Both the position numbers and the translations under genes were made by a program. A model generated the notes under the pieces. That model made no database searches. It was not told where the DNA came from and worked only from the letters and a program-made list of their open reading frames with translations. Source: an uncultured Clostridium sp. (lineage in GTDB: Bacteria; Bacillota; Clostridia; TANB77; CAG-508). From it: a stretch of DNA of 42,687 nt. The stretch lies in NCBI GenBank assembly GCA_964620415.1, contig CAZUHD010000001.1, positions 18,768 to 61,454 of the forward strand. The letters run 5' to 3'. Shown one piece after another: positions 42,355 through 42,687 of this stretch (positions are counted from its first letter, which is position 1; each line of letters opens with the position of its first letter).

Positions 42355-42687
42355 TTATATAACATAGTTTCTATTGCATTTATGACATTGATAGTGATAA
42401 TCCCTTAATAGCTTTACTTTTGAATTTTGTGGTATTATACCCAAATTCTTTATATCATTTTTTAAACATTTATCATAATAAATATAATATACTTTTTCTT
42501 TTACATTGTAAATAATTCTGCCTCTTGGAAAATAATCAAAATCCACTTTATATTTTTTATAATAATATCTATCCCATATTTCCATGTGACTTTTAGAATA
42601 ATTTAAGAAGTCCCCATATTTTTCTGCTTCTGTTAGTTTACAATTGTGCATTAATACTTGATTATTTACTACAAAAAATATTCCTAC
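42355..42687 (-). CDS. Hypothetical protein, 5' end outside the window
   Basis: Frame is open to the window edge (VGIFFVVNNQVLMH..); FDYFPRGRI and DYHYQCHKC motifs. Confidence 0.75.
   Translation of the reverse strand, partial: VGIFFVVNNQVLMHNCKLTEAEKYGDFLNYSKSHMEIWDRYYYKKYKVDFDYFPRGRIIYNVKEKVYYIYYDKCLKNDIKNLGIIPQNSKVKLLRDYHYQCHKCNRNYVI

Overview
Very AT-rich chromosomal segment from a spore-forming Clostridia-like bacterium (lineage inferred from gene content), with almost all genes on the minus strand. Housekeeping genes: rnpB, nth, mgtA, rbgA/ylqF, mrnC, greA, degenerate secD/secF, tig-clpP-clpX, uvrB. Sporulation genes: spoVM, ytfI/ytfJ, spoVS, dpaA. Accessory genes: an ABC exporter, AAA/DUF4143, Fic, HipA-like and PIN modules, and IS200 and conjugative-pilin remnants. 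Main observation: eight separate genes (nth, ytfJ, a hypothetical, a secreted protein, ABC permease, ABC ATPase, dpaA, rbgA) are broken in the same way. Each reaches an in-frame CGG codon and the protein continues in the +1 frame with a Gly codon (C-GGA x7, C-GGT x1). In a manual scan, no intact gene contained an in-frame CGG, while roughly 30 out-of-frame CGG trinucleotides and in-frame CGA/CGC/CGT/AGG codons are tolerated. This suggests genome-wide recoding in which CGG(N) acts as a +1 frameshift or 4-nt Gly codon. Read-level and proteomic checks are still needed.
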